From Utricularia gibba (lineage: Eukaryota > Plantae > Magnoliophyta), in NCBI GenBank assembly GCA_002189035.1, contig NEEC01000128.1, forward strand, positions 1 to 25,689: 25,689 nucleotides of DNA, written 5' to 3'. The translations under genes and the position numbers were made by a program. The notes beneath the pieces were generated by a model that was not told the DNA's origin, did not search any database, and saw only the letters and a list, made by a program, of their open reading frames with translations. Shown piece after piece: positions 9,721-22,900 of the stretch (the first letter of the stretch is position 1; every line of letters begins with the position of its first letter).

Positions 9721-11230
9721 TGCAGATCCTAACTCTTCATAGCACACCATTGGGAAGCCCGATTCGAGCTCCAAGTAGTATAATTTGGAGTTTCGTTTGT
9801 CCGATAACTGTGGACATATTAAAAACAAACCACAACGAAAAGTGTCTTACGTGTCCTTCCTTGGTGGCTGCGTTTAATAAAATTGATGCAAACAAGATAC
9901 ACGGCAAAAGAATCAAATAGCCACTAGAGACATGGTGTATGGGAATGGTGCATCAAGAATCAGAAGTATCATGGCAACTAATTGAATCAATCAACAGCCA
10001 AAACATATGGTGTCAAACTTCATCGGATATGCGATCAAGATGGAAAAAAGTCACATGTTACATCATGAATTTCGTGGCATCACTTATCCCAACACTATTA
10101 TACTCCAGGTACGCAAAAATGTTTACTTTTAACGAATCCAGTGCACGTGTGATTTTTAGGCTGCACCCCGAATGGTGATGCGCAATGAAATGACTAGTCG
10201 CACATCCTGGTCCACGAAGCACCTCTTCCAAAACATGCAGATGTTTTCGAGCTCCAAGTAGTATAATTTGGAGTTTCGTTTGTCCGATAACTGTGGACAT
10301 ATTAAAAACAAACCACAACGAAAAGTGTCTTACGTGTCCTTCCTTGGTGGCTGCGTTTAATATTGTGCTTCTCGTTCTCGAAATTGATGCAAACAAGATA
10401 CACGGCAAAAGAATCAAATAGCCACTAGAGACATGGTGTATGGGAATGGTGCATCAAGAATCAGAAGTATCATGGCAACTAATTGAATCAATCAACAGCC
10501 AAAACATATGGTGTCAAACTTCATCGGATATGCGATCAAGATGGAAAAAAGTCACATGTTACATCATGAATTTCGTGGCATCACTTATCCCAACACTATT
10601 ATACTCCAGGTACGCAAAATGTTTATTTTTAACGAATCCAGTGCACGTGTGATTTTTAGGCTGCACCCCGAATGGTGATGCGCAATGAAATGACTAGTCG
10701 CACATCCTGGTCCACGAAGCACCTCTTCCAAAACATGCAGATCCTAACTCTTCATAGCACACCATTGGGAAGCCCGATTCGAGCTCCAAGTAGTATAATT
10801 TGGAGTTTCGTTTGTCCGATAACTGTGGACATATTAAAAACAAACCACAACGAAAAGTGTCTTACGTGTCCTTCCTTGGTGGCTGCGTTTAATATTGTGC
10901 TTCTCGTTCTCGAAATTGATGCAAAAGATACACGGCAAAAGAATCAAATAGCCACTAGAGACATGGTGTATGGGAATGGTGCATCAAGAATCAGAAGTAT
11001 CATGGCAACTAATTGCATCAATCAACAGCCAAAACATATGGTGTCAAACTTCATCGGATATGCGATCAAGATGGAAAAAAGTCACATGTTACATCATGAA
11101 TTTCGTGGCATCACTTATCCCAACACTATTATACTCCAGGTACGCAAAAATGTTTACTTTTAACGAATCCAGTGCACGTGTGATTTTTAGGCTGCACCCC
11201 GAATGGTGATGCGCAATGAAATGACTATGT

Positions 11231-13640
11231 CGCACATCACGAAGCACCTCTTCCAAAACATGCAGGCACACCATTGGGAAGCCCGATTCGTCCACGATAA
11301 CTGTGGAGAAAAGTGTCTTACGTGTCCTTCCTTGGTGGCTGCGTTTAATATTGTGCTTCTCGTTCTCGAAATTGATGCAAACAAGATACACGGCAAATAG
11401 CCACTAGAGACATGGTCAATCAGAAGTATCATCGGAGAGGGTAACACATGGTATCACGAAGAAAAGAACTAAAAATCAATCAACAGCCGTATGTGTCAAA
11501 CTTCATCGGAATGCGATCAAGATGGAAAAAAGTCACATCATTACATCAGAATTTCGCCATCACACAGCCAAACTATTATACTCCAGGTACGCAAAAAATG
11601 CTTACTATGGATGTCACGTGTGTATAATTTTATCATGCACGAATAACTTGAAACACTATTCACACCCTGGTCGCACCTCTTCCATGCATCGTTGTGACTG
11701 CACCCCGAATGGTGATGCGCAATGAAATGACTAACATCATCGGGAAGCCCGATTCGAGCTCCAAGTAGTATAATTTGGAGTTTCGTTTGTCCGATAACTG
11801 TGGACATATTAAAAACAAACCACAACGAAAAGTGTCTTACGTGTCCTTCCTTGGTGGCTGCGTTTAATATTGTGCTTCTCGTTCTCGAAATTGATGCAAA
11901 CAAGATACACGGCAAAAGAATCAAATAGCCACTAGAGACATGGTGTATGGGAATGGTGCATCAAGAATCAGAAGTATCATGGCAACTAATTGAATCAATC
12001 AATATCAAACTTCATCGGATATGCGATCAAGATCACATGTTACATCATGCGTGGCATCACTTATCCCAACACTTCATCGGTTCTGCATCGGATGGTCGGG
12101 TTGCAGATCAAATAGTTGTTCAACATAACATGAATGTCTTACAATCAAATTGATGCTTGCCACTACACATCATTATACAACCAGGGTACGCATCCACATG
12201 TGAATTATCGAATCAGAAGTGCACGTGTGATTTTTAGGCTGCACCCCGAATGGTGATGCGCAATGAAATGACTACGTCGCACATCCTGGGAAGCACCTCT
12301 TCGTATAACTGTGGACATGCACATCCTAACCTTTAGCACACCATTGGGAAGCGCGATGCACATCCAAGTAGTATAATTTGGAGTTCGTTTGTCCACATAA
12401 CGTGGACATATTAAAAACATAACCACAAACGAAAAGTGTCTTACGTGTCCTTCCTTGGTGGCTGCGTTTAATAAAATTGATGCTTCTCGTTCTCGAAATA
12501 TGATGCAAAGCTACACGGCGGATGGAATCAATGGCCAGAACGAGTTGTGATGGCTGCATGGTGATGCGCAATGAAATGACTAGTCGCACATCCTGGTCCA
12601 TCAAAACATGCAGATCAACTCTTCATAGCACACCATTGGGAAGCATTCATCCACAAACTGTGGACATATGAAAAGTGTCTTACGTGTCAATAAACATACC
12701 AAAACATATAGTGTCAAACTATCATCGGATATGCGATCATCAAGATGGAAAAAAGTCACATGTTACATCATGAATTTCGTGGCATCACTTATCCCAACAC
12801 TATTAGGTACAAAAGAATCAGTGCACGTGTGACTGCAAAAAATGAAATTATACATCCTTTAAAACATGCAATCCTAGCACACCATTGCATTCGTCCAAGT
12901 GTATAATTTGGAGTAGTGGACATATTAAAAACAAACCACAACGAAAAGTGTCTTACGTGTCCTTCCTTGGTGGCTGCGTTTAATATTGTGCTTCTCGTTC
13001 TCGAAATTGATGCGATACACGGCAAAAGAATCAAATAGCCACTAGAGACATGGTGTACATCAAGAATCAGTATCATGGCAACTAATCCAATGGTGTCAAA
13101 CTTCATCGGATATGCGATCAAGATGGAAAAAAGTCACATGTTACATCATGAATTTCGTGGCATCACTTATCCCAACACTATTATACTCAGGTACAGGTGC
13201 ACGCTGCTGGTGATGCGCAATGAAATGACTACGCACATCATCTGCAGGCACACCATTGCCCGATTCGAGCTCCAAGTAGTATAATTTGGAGTTTCGTTTG
13301 TCCGATAACTGTGGACATATTAAAAACAAACCACAACGAAAAGTGTCTTACGTGTCCTTCCTTGGTGGCTGCGTTTAATATTGTGCTTCTCGTTCTCGAA
13401 ATTGATGCAAGCAAGATACAAAAAAGAATCAAATAGCCACTAGAGACATGGTGTAAATGGTGCATCAAGAATCAGAAGTATCATGGCAACTAATTGAATC
13501 AATCAACAGCCAAAACATATGGTGTCAAACTTCATCGGATATGCGATCAAGATGGAAAAAAGTCACATGTTACATCATGAATTTCGTGGCATCACTTAGG
13601 TACGCAAGTGCACGTCTGCGAATGGTGATGCGCAATGAAA
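11231..13640 (+). repeat. Heavily degenerate/scrambled stretch of monomers (copies 22-27)
   Basis: Copy lengths are ~400-610 bp. The sequence is a mosaic of monomer pieces, some out of order, with short intact islands such as 11745-11995. Confidence 0.8.
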
Positions 13641-14404
13641 TGACTAGTCGCACATCCTGGTCCACGAAGCACCTCTTCCAAAACATGCAGATCCTAACTC
13701 TTCATAGCACACCATTGGGAAGCCCGATTCGAGCTCCAAGAGTATAATTTGGAGTTTCGTTTGTCCGATAACTGTGGACATATTAAAAACAAACCACAAC
13801 GAAAAGTGTCTTACGTGTCCTTCCTTGGTGGCTGCGTTTAATATTGTGCTTCTCGTTCTCGAAATTGATGCAAACAAGATACACGGCAAAAGAATCAAAT
13901 AGCCACTAGAGACATGGTGTATGGGAATGGTGCATCAAGAATCAGAAGTATCATGCAACTAATTGAATCAATCAACAGCCAAAACATATGGTGTCAAACT
14001 TCATCGGATATGCGATCAAGATGGAAAAAAGTCACATGTTACATCATGAATTTCGTGGCATCACTTATCCCAACACTATTATACTCAGGTACGCAAAAAT
14101 GTTTACTTTTAACGAATCCAGTGCACGTGTGATTTTTAGGCTGCACCCCGAATGGTGATGCGCAATGAAATGACTAGCGCACATCCTGGTCCACGAAGCA
14201 CCTCTTCCAAAACATGCAGATCCTAACTCTTCATAGCACACCATTGGGAAGCCCGATTCGAGCTCCAAGTAGTATAATTTGGAGTTTCGTTTGTCCGATA
14301 ACTGTGGACATATTAAAAACAAACCACAACGAAAAGTGTCTTACGTGTCCTTCCTTGGTGGCTGCGTTTAATGTGCTTCTCGTTCTCGAAATTGATGCAA
14401 ATGG

Positions 14405-17400
14405 GATACACGGCAAAAGAATCAAATAGCCACTAGAGACATGGTGTATGGGAATGGTGCATCAAGAATCAGAAGTATCATGGCAACTAATTGAATCAAT
14501 CAACAGCCAAAACATATGGTGTCAAACTTCATCGGATATGCGATCAAGATGGAAAAAAGTCACATGTTACATCATGAATTTCGTGGCATCACTTATCCCA
14601 ACACTATTATACTCCAGGTACGCAAAAATGTTTACTTTTAACGAATCCAGTGCACGTGTGATTTTTAGGCTGCACCCCGAATGGTGATGCGCAATGAAAT
14701 GACTAGGTCGCACATCCTGGTCCACGAAGCACCTCTTCCAAAACATGCAGATCCTAACTCTTCATAGCACACCATTGGGAAGCCCTATTCGAGCTCCAAG
14801 TAGTATAATTTGGAGTTACGTTTGTCCCATAACTGTGGACATATTAAAAACAAACCACAACGAAAAGTGTCTTACGTGTCCTTCCTTGGTGGCTGCGTTT
14901 AATAATGTGCTTCTCGTTCTCGAAATTGATGCAAAGATACACGGCAAAAGAATCAAATAGCCACTAGAGACATGGTGTAAGGGAATGGTGCATCAAGAAT
15001 CAGAAGTATCATCAACTAATTGCATCAATCAACTGCCAAAACATATGGTGTCAAACTTCATCGGATATGCGATCAAGATGGAAAAAAGTCACATGTTACA
15101 TCATGAATTTCGTGGCATCACTTATCCCAACACTGGTACGCAAAAATGTTTACTTTTAACGAATCCAGTGCTGTGATTTTTCTGCACCCCGAATGGTGAT
15201 GCGCAATGAAATGACTATGTCGCACATCCTCACGAAGCACCTCTTCCAAAACATGCAGATCCTAACTCTTCATAGCACACCATTGGGAAGCCCGATTCGA
15301 GCTCCAAGTAGTATAATTTGGAGTTTCGTTTGTCCGATAACTGTGGACATATTAAAAACAAACCACAACGAAAAGTGTCTTACGTGTCCTTCCTTGGTGG
15401 CTGCGTTTAATAGTGCTTCTCGTTCTCGAAATTGATGCAAAAGATACACGGAAAAGAATCAAATAGCCACTAGAGACATGGTGTAAGGGAATGGTGCATC
15501 AAGAATCAGAAGTATCATGGCAACTAATTGAATCAATCAACAGCCAAAACATATGGTGTCAAACTTCATCGGATATGCGATCAAGATGGAAAAAAGTCAC
15601 ATGTTACATCATGAATTTCGTGGCATCACTTATCCCAACACTATTATACTCCAGGTACGCAAAAATGTTTACTTTTAACGAATCCAGTGCACGTGTGATT
15701 TTTAGGCTGCACCCCGAATGGTGATGCGCAATGAAATGACTAGTCGCACATCCTGGTCCACGAAGCACCTCTTCCAAAACATGCAGATCCTAACTCTTCA
15801 TAGCACACCATTGGGAAGCCCTATTCGTGCTCCAAGTAGTATAATTTGGAGTTTCGTTTGTCCATAACTGTGGACATATTAAAAACAAACCACAACGAAA
15901 AGTGTCTTACGTGTCCTTCCTTGGTGGCTGCGTTTAATATGTGCTTCTCGTTCTCGAAATTGATGCAAAGATACACGGCAAAAGAATCAAATAGCCACTA
16001 GAGACATGGTGTAAGGGAATGGTGCATCAAGAATCAGAAGTATCATGCAACTAATTGAATCAATCAACAGCCAAAACATATGGTGTCAAACTTCATCGGA
16101 TATGCGATCAAGATGGAAAAAAGTCACATGTTACATCATGAATTTCGTGGCATCACTTATCCCAACACTATTATACTCCAGGTACGCAAAAATGTTTACT
16201 TTTAACGAATCCAGTGCACGTGTGATTTTTAGGCTGCACCCCGAATGGTGATGCGCAATGAAATGACTAGGTCGCACATCCTGGTCCACGAAGCACCTCT
16301 TCCAAAACATGCAGATCCTAACTCTTCATAGCACACCATTGGGAAGCCCTATTCGTGCTCCAAGTAGTATAATTTGGAGTTACGTTTGTCCCATAACTGT
16401 GGACATATTAAAAACAAACCACAACGAAAAGTGTCTTACGTGTCCTTCCTTGGTGGCTGCGTTTAATAATGTGCTTCTCGTTCTCGAAATTGATGCAAAT
16501 GGGATACACGGCAAAAGAATCAAATAGCCACTAGAGACATGGTGTATGGAATGGTGCATCAAGAATCAGAAGTATCATGGCAACTAATTGCATCAATCAA
16601 CAGCCAAAACATATGGTGTCAAACTTCATCGGATATGCGATCAAGATGGAAAAAAGTCACATGTTACATCATGAATTTCGTGGCATCACTTATCCCAACA
16701 CTATTATACTCCAGGTACGCAAAAATGTTTACTTTTAACGAATCCAGTGCACGTGTGATTTTTAGGCTGCACCCCGAATGGTGATGCGCAATGAAATGAC
16801 TAGTCGCACATCCTGGTCCACGAAGCACCTCTTCCAAAACATGCAGATCCTAACTCTTCATAGCACACCATTGGGAAGCCCGATTCGTGCTCCAAGTAGT
16901 ATAATTTGGAGTTTCGTTTGTCCGATAACTGTGGACATATTAAAAACAAACCACAACGAAAAGTGTCTTACGTGTCCTTCCTTGGTGGCTGCGTTTAATA
17001 TTGTGCTTCTCGTTCTCGAAATTGATGCAAAAGATACACGGCAAAAGAATCAAATAGCCACTAGAGACATGGTGTATGGGAATGGTGCATCAAGAATCAG
17101 AAGTATCATGGCAACTAATTGAATCAATCAACAGCCAAAACATATGGTGTCAAACTTCATCGGATATGCGATCAAGATGGAAAAAAGTCACATGTTACAT
17201 CATGAATTTCGTGGCATCACTTATCCCAACACTATTATACTCCAGGTACGCAAAAATGTTTACTTTTAACGAATCCAGTGCACGTGTGATTTTTAGGCTG
17301 CACCCCGAATGGTGATGCGCAATGAAATGACTAGGTCGCACATCCTGGTCCACGAAGCACCTCTTCCAAAACATGCAGATCCTAACTCTTCATAGCACAC

Positions 17401-19970
17401 CATTGGGAAGCCCTATTCGAGCTCCAAGTAGTATAATTTGGAGTTCGTTTGTCCCATAACTGTGGACATATTAAAAACAAACCACAACGAAAAGTGTCTT
17501 ACGTGTCCTTCCTTGGTGGCTGCGTTTAATAATTGTGCTTCTCGTTCTCGAAATTGATGCAAATATACACGGCAAAAGAATCAAATAGCCACTAGAGACA
17601 TGGTGTATGGAATGGTGCATCAAGAATCAGAAGTATCATGGCAACTAATTGCAATCAATCAACAGCCAAAACATATGTGTCAAACTTCATCGGATATGCG
17701 ATCAAGATGGAAAAAAGTCACATGTTACATCATGAATTTCGTGGCATCACTTATCCCAACACTATTATACTCCAGGTACGCAAAAATGTTTACTTTTAAC
17801 GAATCCAGTGCACGTGTGATTTTTAGGCTGCACCCCGAATGGTGATGCGCAATGAAATGACTATGTCGCACATCCTGGTCACGAAGCACCTCTTCCAAAA
17901 CATGCAGATCCTAACTCTTCATAGCACACCATTGGGAAGCCCGATTCGAGCTCCAAGTAGTATAATTTGGAGTTTCGTTTGTCCGATAACTGTGGACATA
18001 TTAAAAACAAACCACAACGAAAAGTGTCTTACGTGTCCTTCCTTGGTGGCTGCGTTTAATAATTGTGCTTCAAATCGTTCTCGAAATTGATGAATCAAAG
18101 TATATGGCAACTAATTGGAAAAGAATCAAATAGTCACATGTTACATCATGAATTTCGTGGCATCACTTATCCCAACACTATTATACTCCAGGTGTGTTTA
18201 TTTTAACGGGCAATGGTGATGCGCAATGAAATGACTAGGTCGCACATCCTGGTCCACGAAGCACCTCTTCCAAAACATGCAGATGCTAACTCATAGCATA
18301 ACTAATTGAATCAAATCTTAAATTGATGCAAAGATACACAAAAGAATCAAATAGCCACTAGAGACATGGTCAAAATCAGAGTATCATCAACTAATTGCAT
18401 CAATCAACAGCCAAAACATATGGTGTCAAACTTCATCGGATATGCGATCAAGATGGAAAAAAGTCACATGTTACATCATGAATTTCGTGGCATCACTTAT
18501 CCCAACACTATTATACTCCAGGTACGCAAAAATGTTTACTTTTAACGAATCCGGTGCACGTGTGATTTTTAGGCTGCACCCCGAATGAAAAGTGATGTCG
18601 CAATGAAATGACTAGTCGCATCATCCTGGTCCAACGAAATTGCAAACCATCTATCGATCAAAATCATGCAGATCTAACTCTTACGATAGAATCACACCAT
18701 TGTGGCAAGCCCTATCTCGTGCTGCCAAGTAGTATAATTTGGAGTTACGTTTGTCCCATAACTGTGGACATATTAAAAACAAACCACAACGAAAAGTGTC
18801 TTACGTGTCCTTCCTTGGTGGCTGCGTTTAATAATGTGCTTCTCGTTCTCGAAATTGATGCAAAGATACACGGCAAAAGAATCAAATAGCCACTAGAGAC
18901 ATGGTGTATGGGAATGGTGCATCAAGAATCAGAAGTATCATGGCAACTAATTGCATCAATCAACAGCCAAAATATGGTGTCAAACTTCATCGGATATGCG
19001 ATCAAGATGGAAAAAGTCACATGTTACATCATGAATTTCGTGGCATCACTTATCCCAACACTATTATACACCAGGTATGCAAAAATGTTTACTTTTAACG
19101 AATCCAGTGCACGTGTGATTTTTAGGCTGCACCCCGAATGGTGATGCGCAATGAAATGACTATGTCGCACATCCTGGTCCACGAAGCACCTCTTCCAAAA
19201 CATGCAGATCCTAACTCTTCATAGCACACCATTGGAAGCCCGATTCGAGCTCCAAGTAGTATAATTTGGAGTTCGTTTGTCCCATAACTGTGGACATATT
19301 AAAAACAAACCACAACGAAAAGTGTCTTACGTGTCCTTCCTTGGTGGCTGCGTTTAATAATGTGCTTCTCGTTCTCGAAATTGATGCAAAGATACACGGC
19401 AAAAGAATCAAATAGCCACTAGAGACATGGTGTATGGGAATGGTGCATCAAGAATCAGAAGTATCATGGCAACTAATTGCATCAATCAACTGCCAAAACA
19501 TATGGCGTCAAACTTCATCGGATATGCGATCAAGATGGAAAAAAGTCACATGTTACATCATGAATTTCGTGGCATCACTTATCCCAACACTATTATACCC
19601 AGTACGCAAAAATGTTTACTTTTAACGAATCCAGTGCACGTGTGATTTTTAGGCTGCACCCCGAATGGTGATGCGCAATGAAATGACTATGTCGCACATC
19701 CTGTCCACGAAGCACCTCTTCCAAAACATGCAGATCCTAACTCTTCATAGCACACCATTGGGAAGCCCGATTCGAGCTCCAAGTAGTATAATTTGGTTTC
19801 GTTTGTCCATAACTGTGGACATATTAAAAACAAACCACAACGAAAAGTGTCTTACGTGTCCTTCCTTGGTGGCTGCGTTTAATATTGTGCTTCTCGTTCT
19901 CGAAATTGATGCAAAGATACACGGCAAAAGAATCAAATAGCCACTAGAGACATGGTGTATGGGAATGGTG
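14405..19970 (+). repeat. Transition zone with mixed subfamily-1/2 alleles (copies 29-39 and the start of 40)
   Basis: The first cccTattc and gagttAcg alleles appear at ~14786-14820. Copies then carry mixed combinations, e.g. 15821 cTattcgTgctc with gagttTcg, 16881 cGattcgTgc, 17941 fully subfamily 1, and 16351 subfamily-2-like. Confidence 0.8.
18061..18730 (+). repeat. Scrambled monomers (copies 35-37)
   Basis: Copy 36 is only ~240 bp. Pieces are out of order (gcaactaattg-gaaaagaatcaaatag-tcacatg), and 18581-18730 is substitution-rich. Confidence 0.8.
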
Positions 19971-22900
19971 TGGCATCACTTATCCCAACACTATTATACT
20001 CCAGGTACGCAAAAATGTTTACTTTTAACGAATCCAGTGCACGTGTGATTTTTAGGCTGCACCCGAATGGTGATGCGCAATGAAATGACTATGTCGCACA
20101 TCCTGGTCCACGAAGCACCTCTTCCAAAACATGCAGATGCTAACTCTTCATAGCACACCATTGGGAAGCCCTATTCGTGCTCCAAGTAGTATAATTTGGA
20201 GTTACGTTTGTCCCATAACTGTGGACATATTAAAAACAAACCACAACGAAAAGTGTCTTACGTGTCCTTCCTTGGTGGCTGCGTTTAATAATGTGCTTCT
20301 CGTTCTCGAAATTGATGCAAATGGGATACACGGCAAAAGAATCAAATAGCCACTAGAGACATGGTGTATGGGAATGGTGTATCAAGAATCAGAAGTATCA
20401 TGGCAACTAATTGCATCAATCAACAGCCAAAACATATGGTGTCAAACTTCATCGGATATGCGATCAAGATGGAAAAAAGTCACATGTTACATCATGAATT
20501 TCGTGGCATCACTTATCCCAACACTATTATACTCCAGGTACGCAAAAATGTTTACTTTTAACGAATCCAGTGCACGTGTGATTTTTAGGCTGCACCCGAA
20601 TGGTGATGCGCAATGAAATGACTAGGTCGCACATCCTGGTCCACGAAGCACCTCTTCCAAAACATGCAGATGCTAACTCTTCATAGCACACCATTGGGAA
20701 GCCCTATTCGTGCTCCAAGTAGTATAATTTGGAGTTACGTTTGTCCATAACTGTGGACATATTAAAAACAAACCACAACGAAAAGTGTCTTACGTGTCCT
20801 TCCTTGGTGGCTGCGTTTAATAATGTGCTTCTCGTTCTCGAAATTGATGCAAAAGATACACGGCAAAAGAATCAAATAGCCACTAGAGACATGGTGTATG
20901 GGAATGGTGTATCAAGAATCAGAAGTATCATGGCAACTAATTGCATCAATCAACAGCCAAAACATATGGTGTCAAACTTCATCGGATATGCGATCAAGAT
21001 GGAAAAAAGTCACATGTTACATCATGAATTTCGTGGCATCACTTATCCCAACACTATTATACTCCAGGTACGCAAAAATGTTTACTTTTAACGAATCCAG
21101 TGCACGTGTGATTTTTAGGCTGCACCCGAATGGTGATGCGCAATGAAATGACTAGTCGCACATCCTGGTCCACGAAGCACCTCTTCCAAAACATGCAGAT
21201 GCTAACTCTTCATAGCACACCATTGGGAAGCCCTATTCGTGCTCCAAGTAGTATAATTTGGAGTTACGTTTGTCCATAACTGTGGACATATTAAAAACAA
21301 ACCACAACGAAAAGTGTCTTACGTGTCCTTCCTTGGTGGCTGCGTTTAATAATGTGCTTCTCGTTCTCGAAATTGATGCAAATGATACACGGCAAAAGAA
21401 TCAAATAGCCACTAGAGACATGGTGTATGGGAATGGTGTATCAAGAATCAGAAGTATCATGGCAACTAATTGCATCAATCAACAGCCAAAACATATGGTG
21501 TCAAACTTCATCGGATATGCGATCAAGATGGAAAAAAGTCACATGTTACATCATGAATTTCGTGGCATCACTTATCCCAACACTATTATACTCCAGGTAC
21601 GCAAAAATGTTTACTTTTAACGAATCCAGTGCACGTGTGATTTTTAGGCTGCACCCGAATGGTGATGCGCAATGAAATGACTATGTCGCACATCCTGGTC
21701 CACGAAGCACCTCTTCCAAAACATGCAGATGCTAACTCTTCATAGCACACCATTGGGAAGCCCTATTCGTGCTCCAAGTAGTATAATTTGGAGTTACGTT
21801 TGTCCCATAACTGTGGACATATTAAAAACAAACCACAACGAAAAGTGTCTTACGTGTCCTTCCTTGGTGGCTGCGTTTAATAATGTGCTTCTCGTTCTCG
21901 AAATTGATGCAAAAGATACACGGCAAAAGAATCAAATAGCCACTAGAGACATGGTGTATGGGAATGGTGTATCAAGAATCAGAAGTATCATGGCAACTAA
22001 TTGCATCAATCAACAGCCAAACATATGGTGTCAAACTTCATCGGATATGCGATCAAGATGGAAAAAAGTCACATGTTACATCATGAATTTCGTGGCATCA
22101 CTTATCCCAACACTATTATACTCCAGGTACGCAAAAATGTTTACTTTTAACGAATCCAGTGCACGTGTGATTTTTCGGCTGCACCCCGAATGGTGATGCG
22201 CAATGAAATGACTATGTCGCACATCCTGGTCCACGAAGCACCTCTTCCAAAACATGCAGATGCTAACTCTTCATAGCACACCATTGGGAGCCCTATTCGT
22301 GCTCCAAGTAGTATAATTTGGAGTTACGTTTGTCCCATAACTGTGGACATATTAAAAACAAACCACAACGAAAAGTGTCTTACGTGTCCTTCCTTGGTGG
22401 CTGCGTTTAATAATGTGCTTCTCTCGTTCTCGAAATTGATGCAAACAAGATACACGGCAAAAAATCAAATAGCCACTAGAGACATGGTGTATGGGAATGG
22501 TGTATCAAGAATCAGAAGTATCATGGCAACTAATTGCATCAATCAACAGCCAAACATATGGTGTCAAACTTCATCGGATATGCGATCAAGATGGAAAAAA
22601 GTCACATGTTACATCATGAATTTCGTGGCATCACTTATCCCAACACTATTATACTCCAGGTACGCAAAAATGTTTACTTTTAACGAATCCAGTGCACGTG
22701 TGATTTTTAGGCTGCACCCCGAATGGTGATGCGCAATGAAATGACTATGTCGCACATCCTGGTCCACGAAGCACCTCTTCCAAAACATGCAGATGCTAAC
22801 TCTTCATAGCACACCATTGGGAAGCCCTATTCGTGCTCCAAGTAGTATAATTTGGAGTTACGTTTGTCCCATAACTGTGGACATATTAAAAACAAACCAA

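Larger units (their letters stand above)
1..14404 (+). repeat. Subfamily-1 block of the array (copies 1-28)
   Basis: Readable copies carry cagatCctaac, cccGattcgAgctc (SacI intact), gagttTcgtttgtccGata, ggtgCatcaag and mostly taataTtgtg. Confidence 0.85.

Noticed and set aside
1-14404. Regular higher-order repeat in the left block
   Set aside because: The CAA/TGG, acta[G/T] and attg[A/C] patterns show no fixed period, and the rare haplotype copies are 9 and 5 monomers apart.
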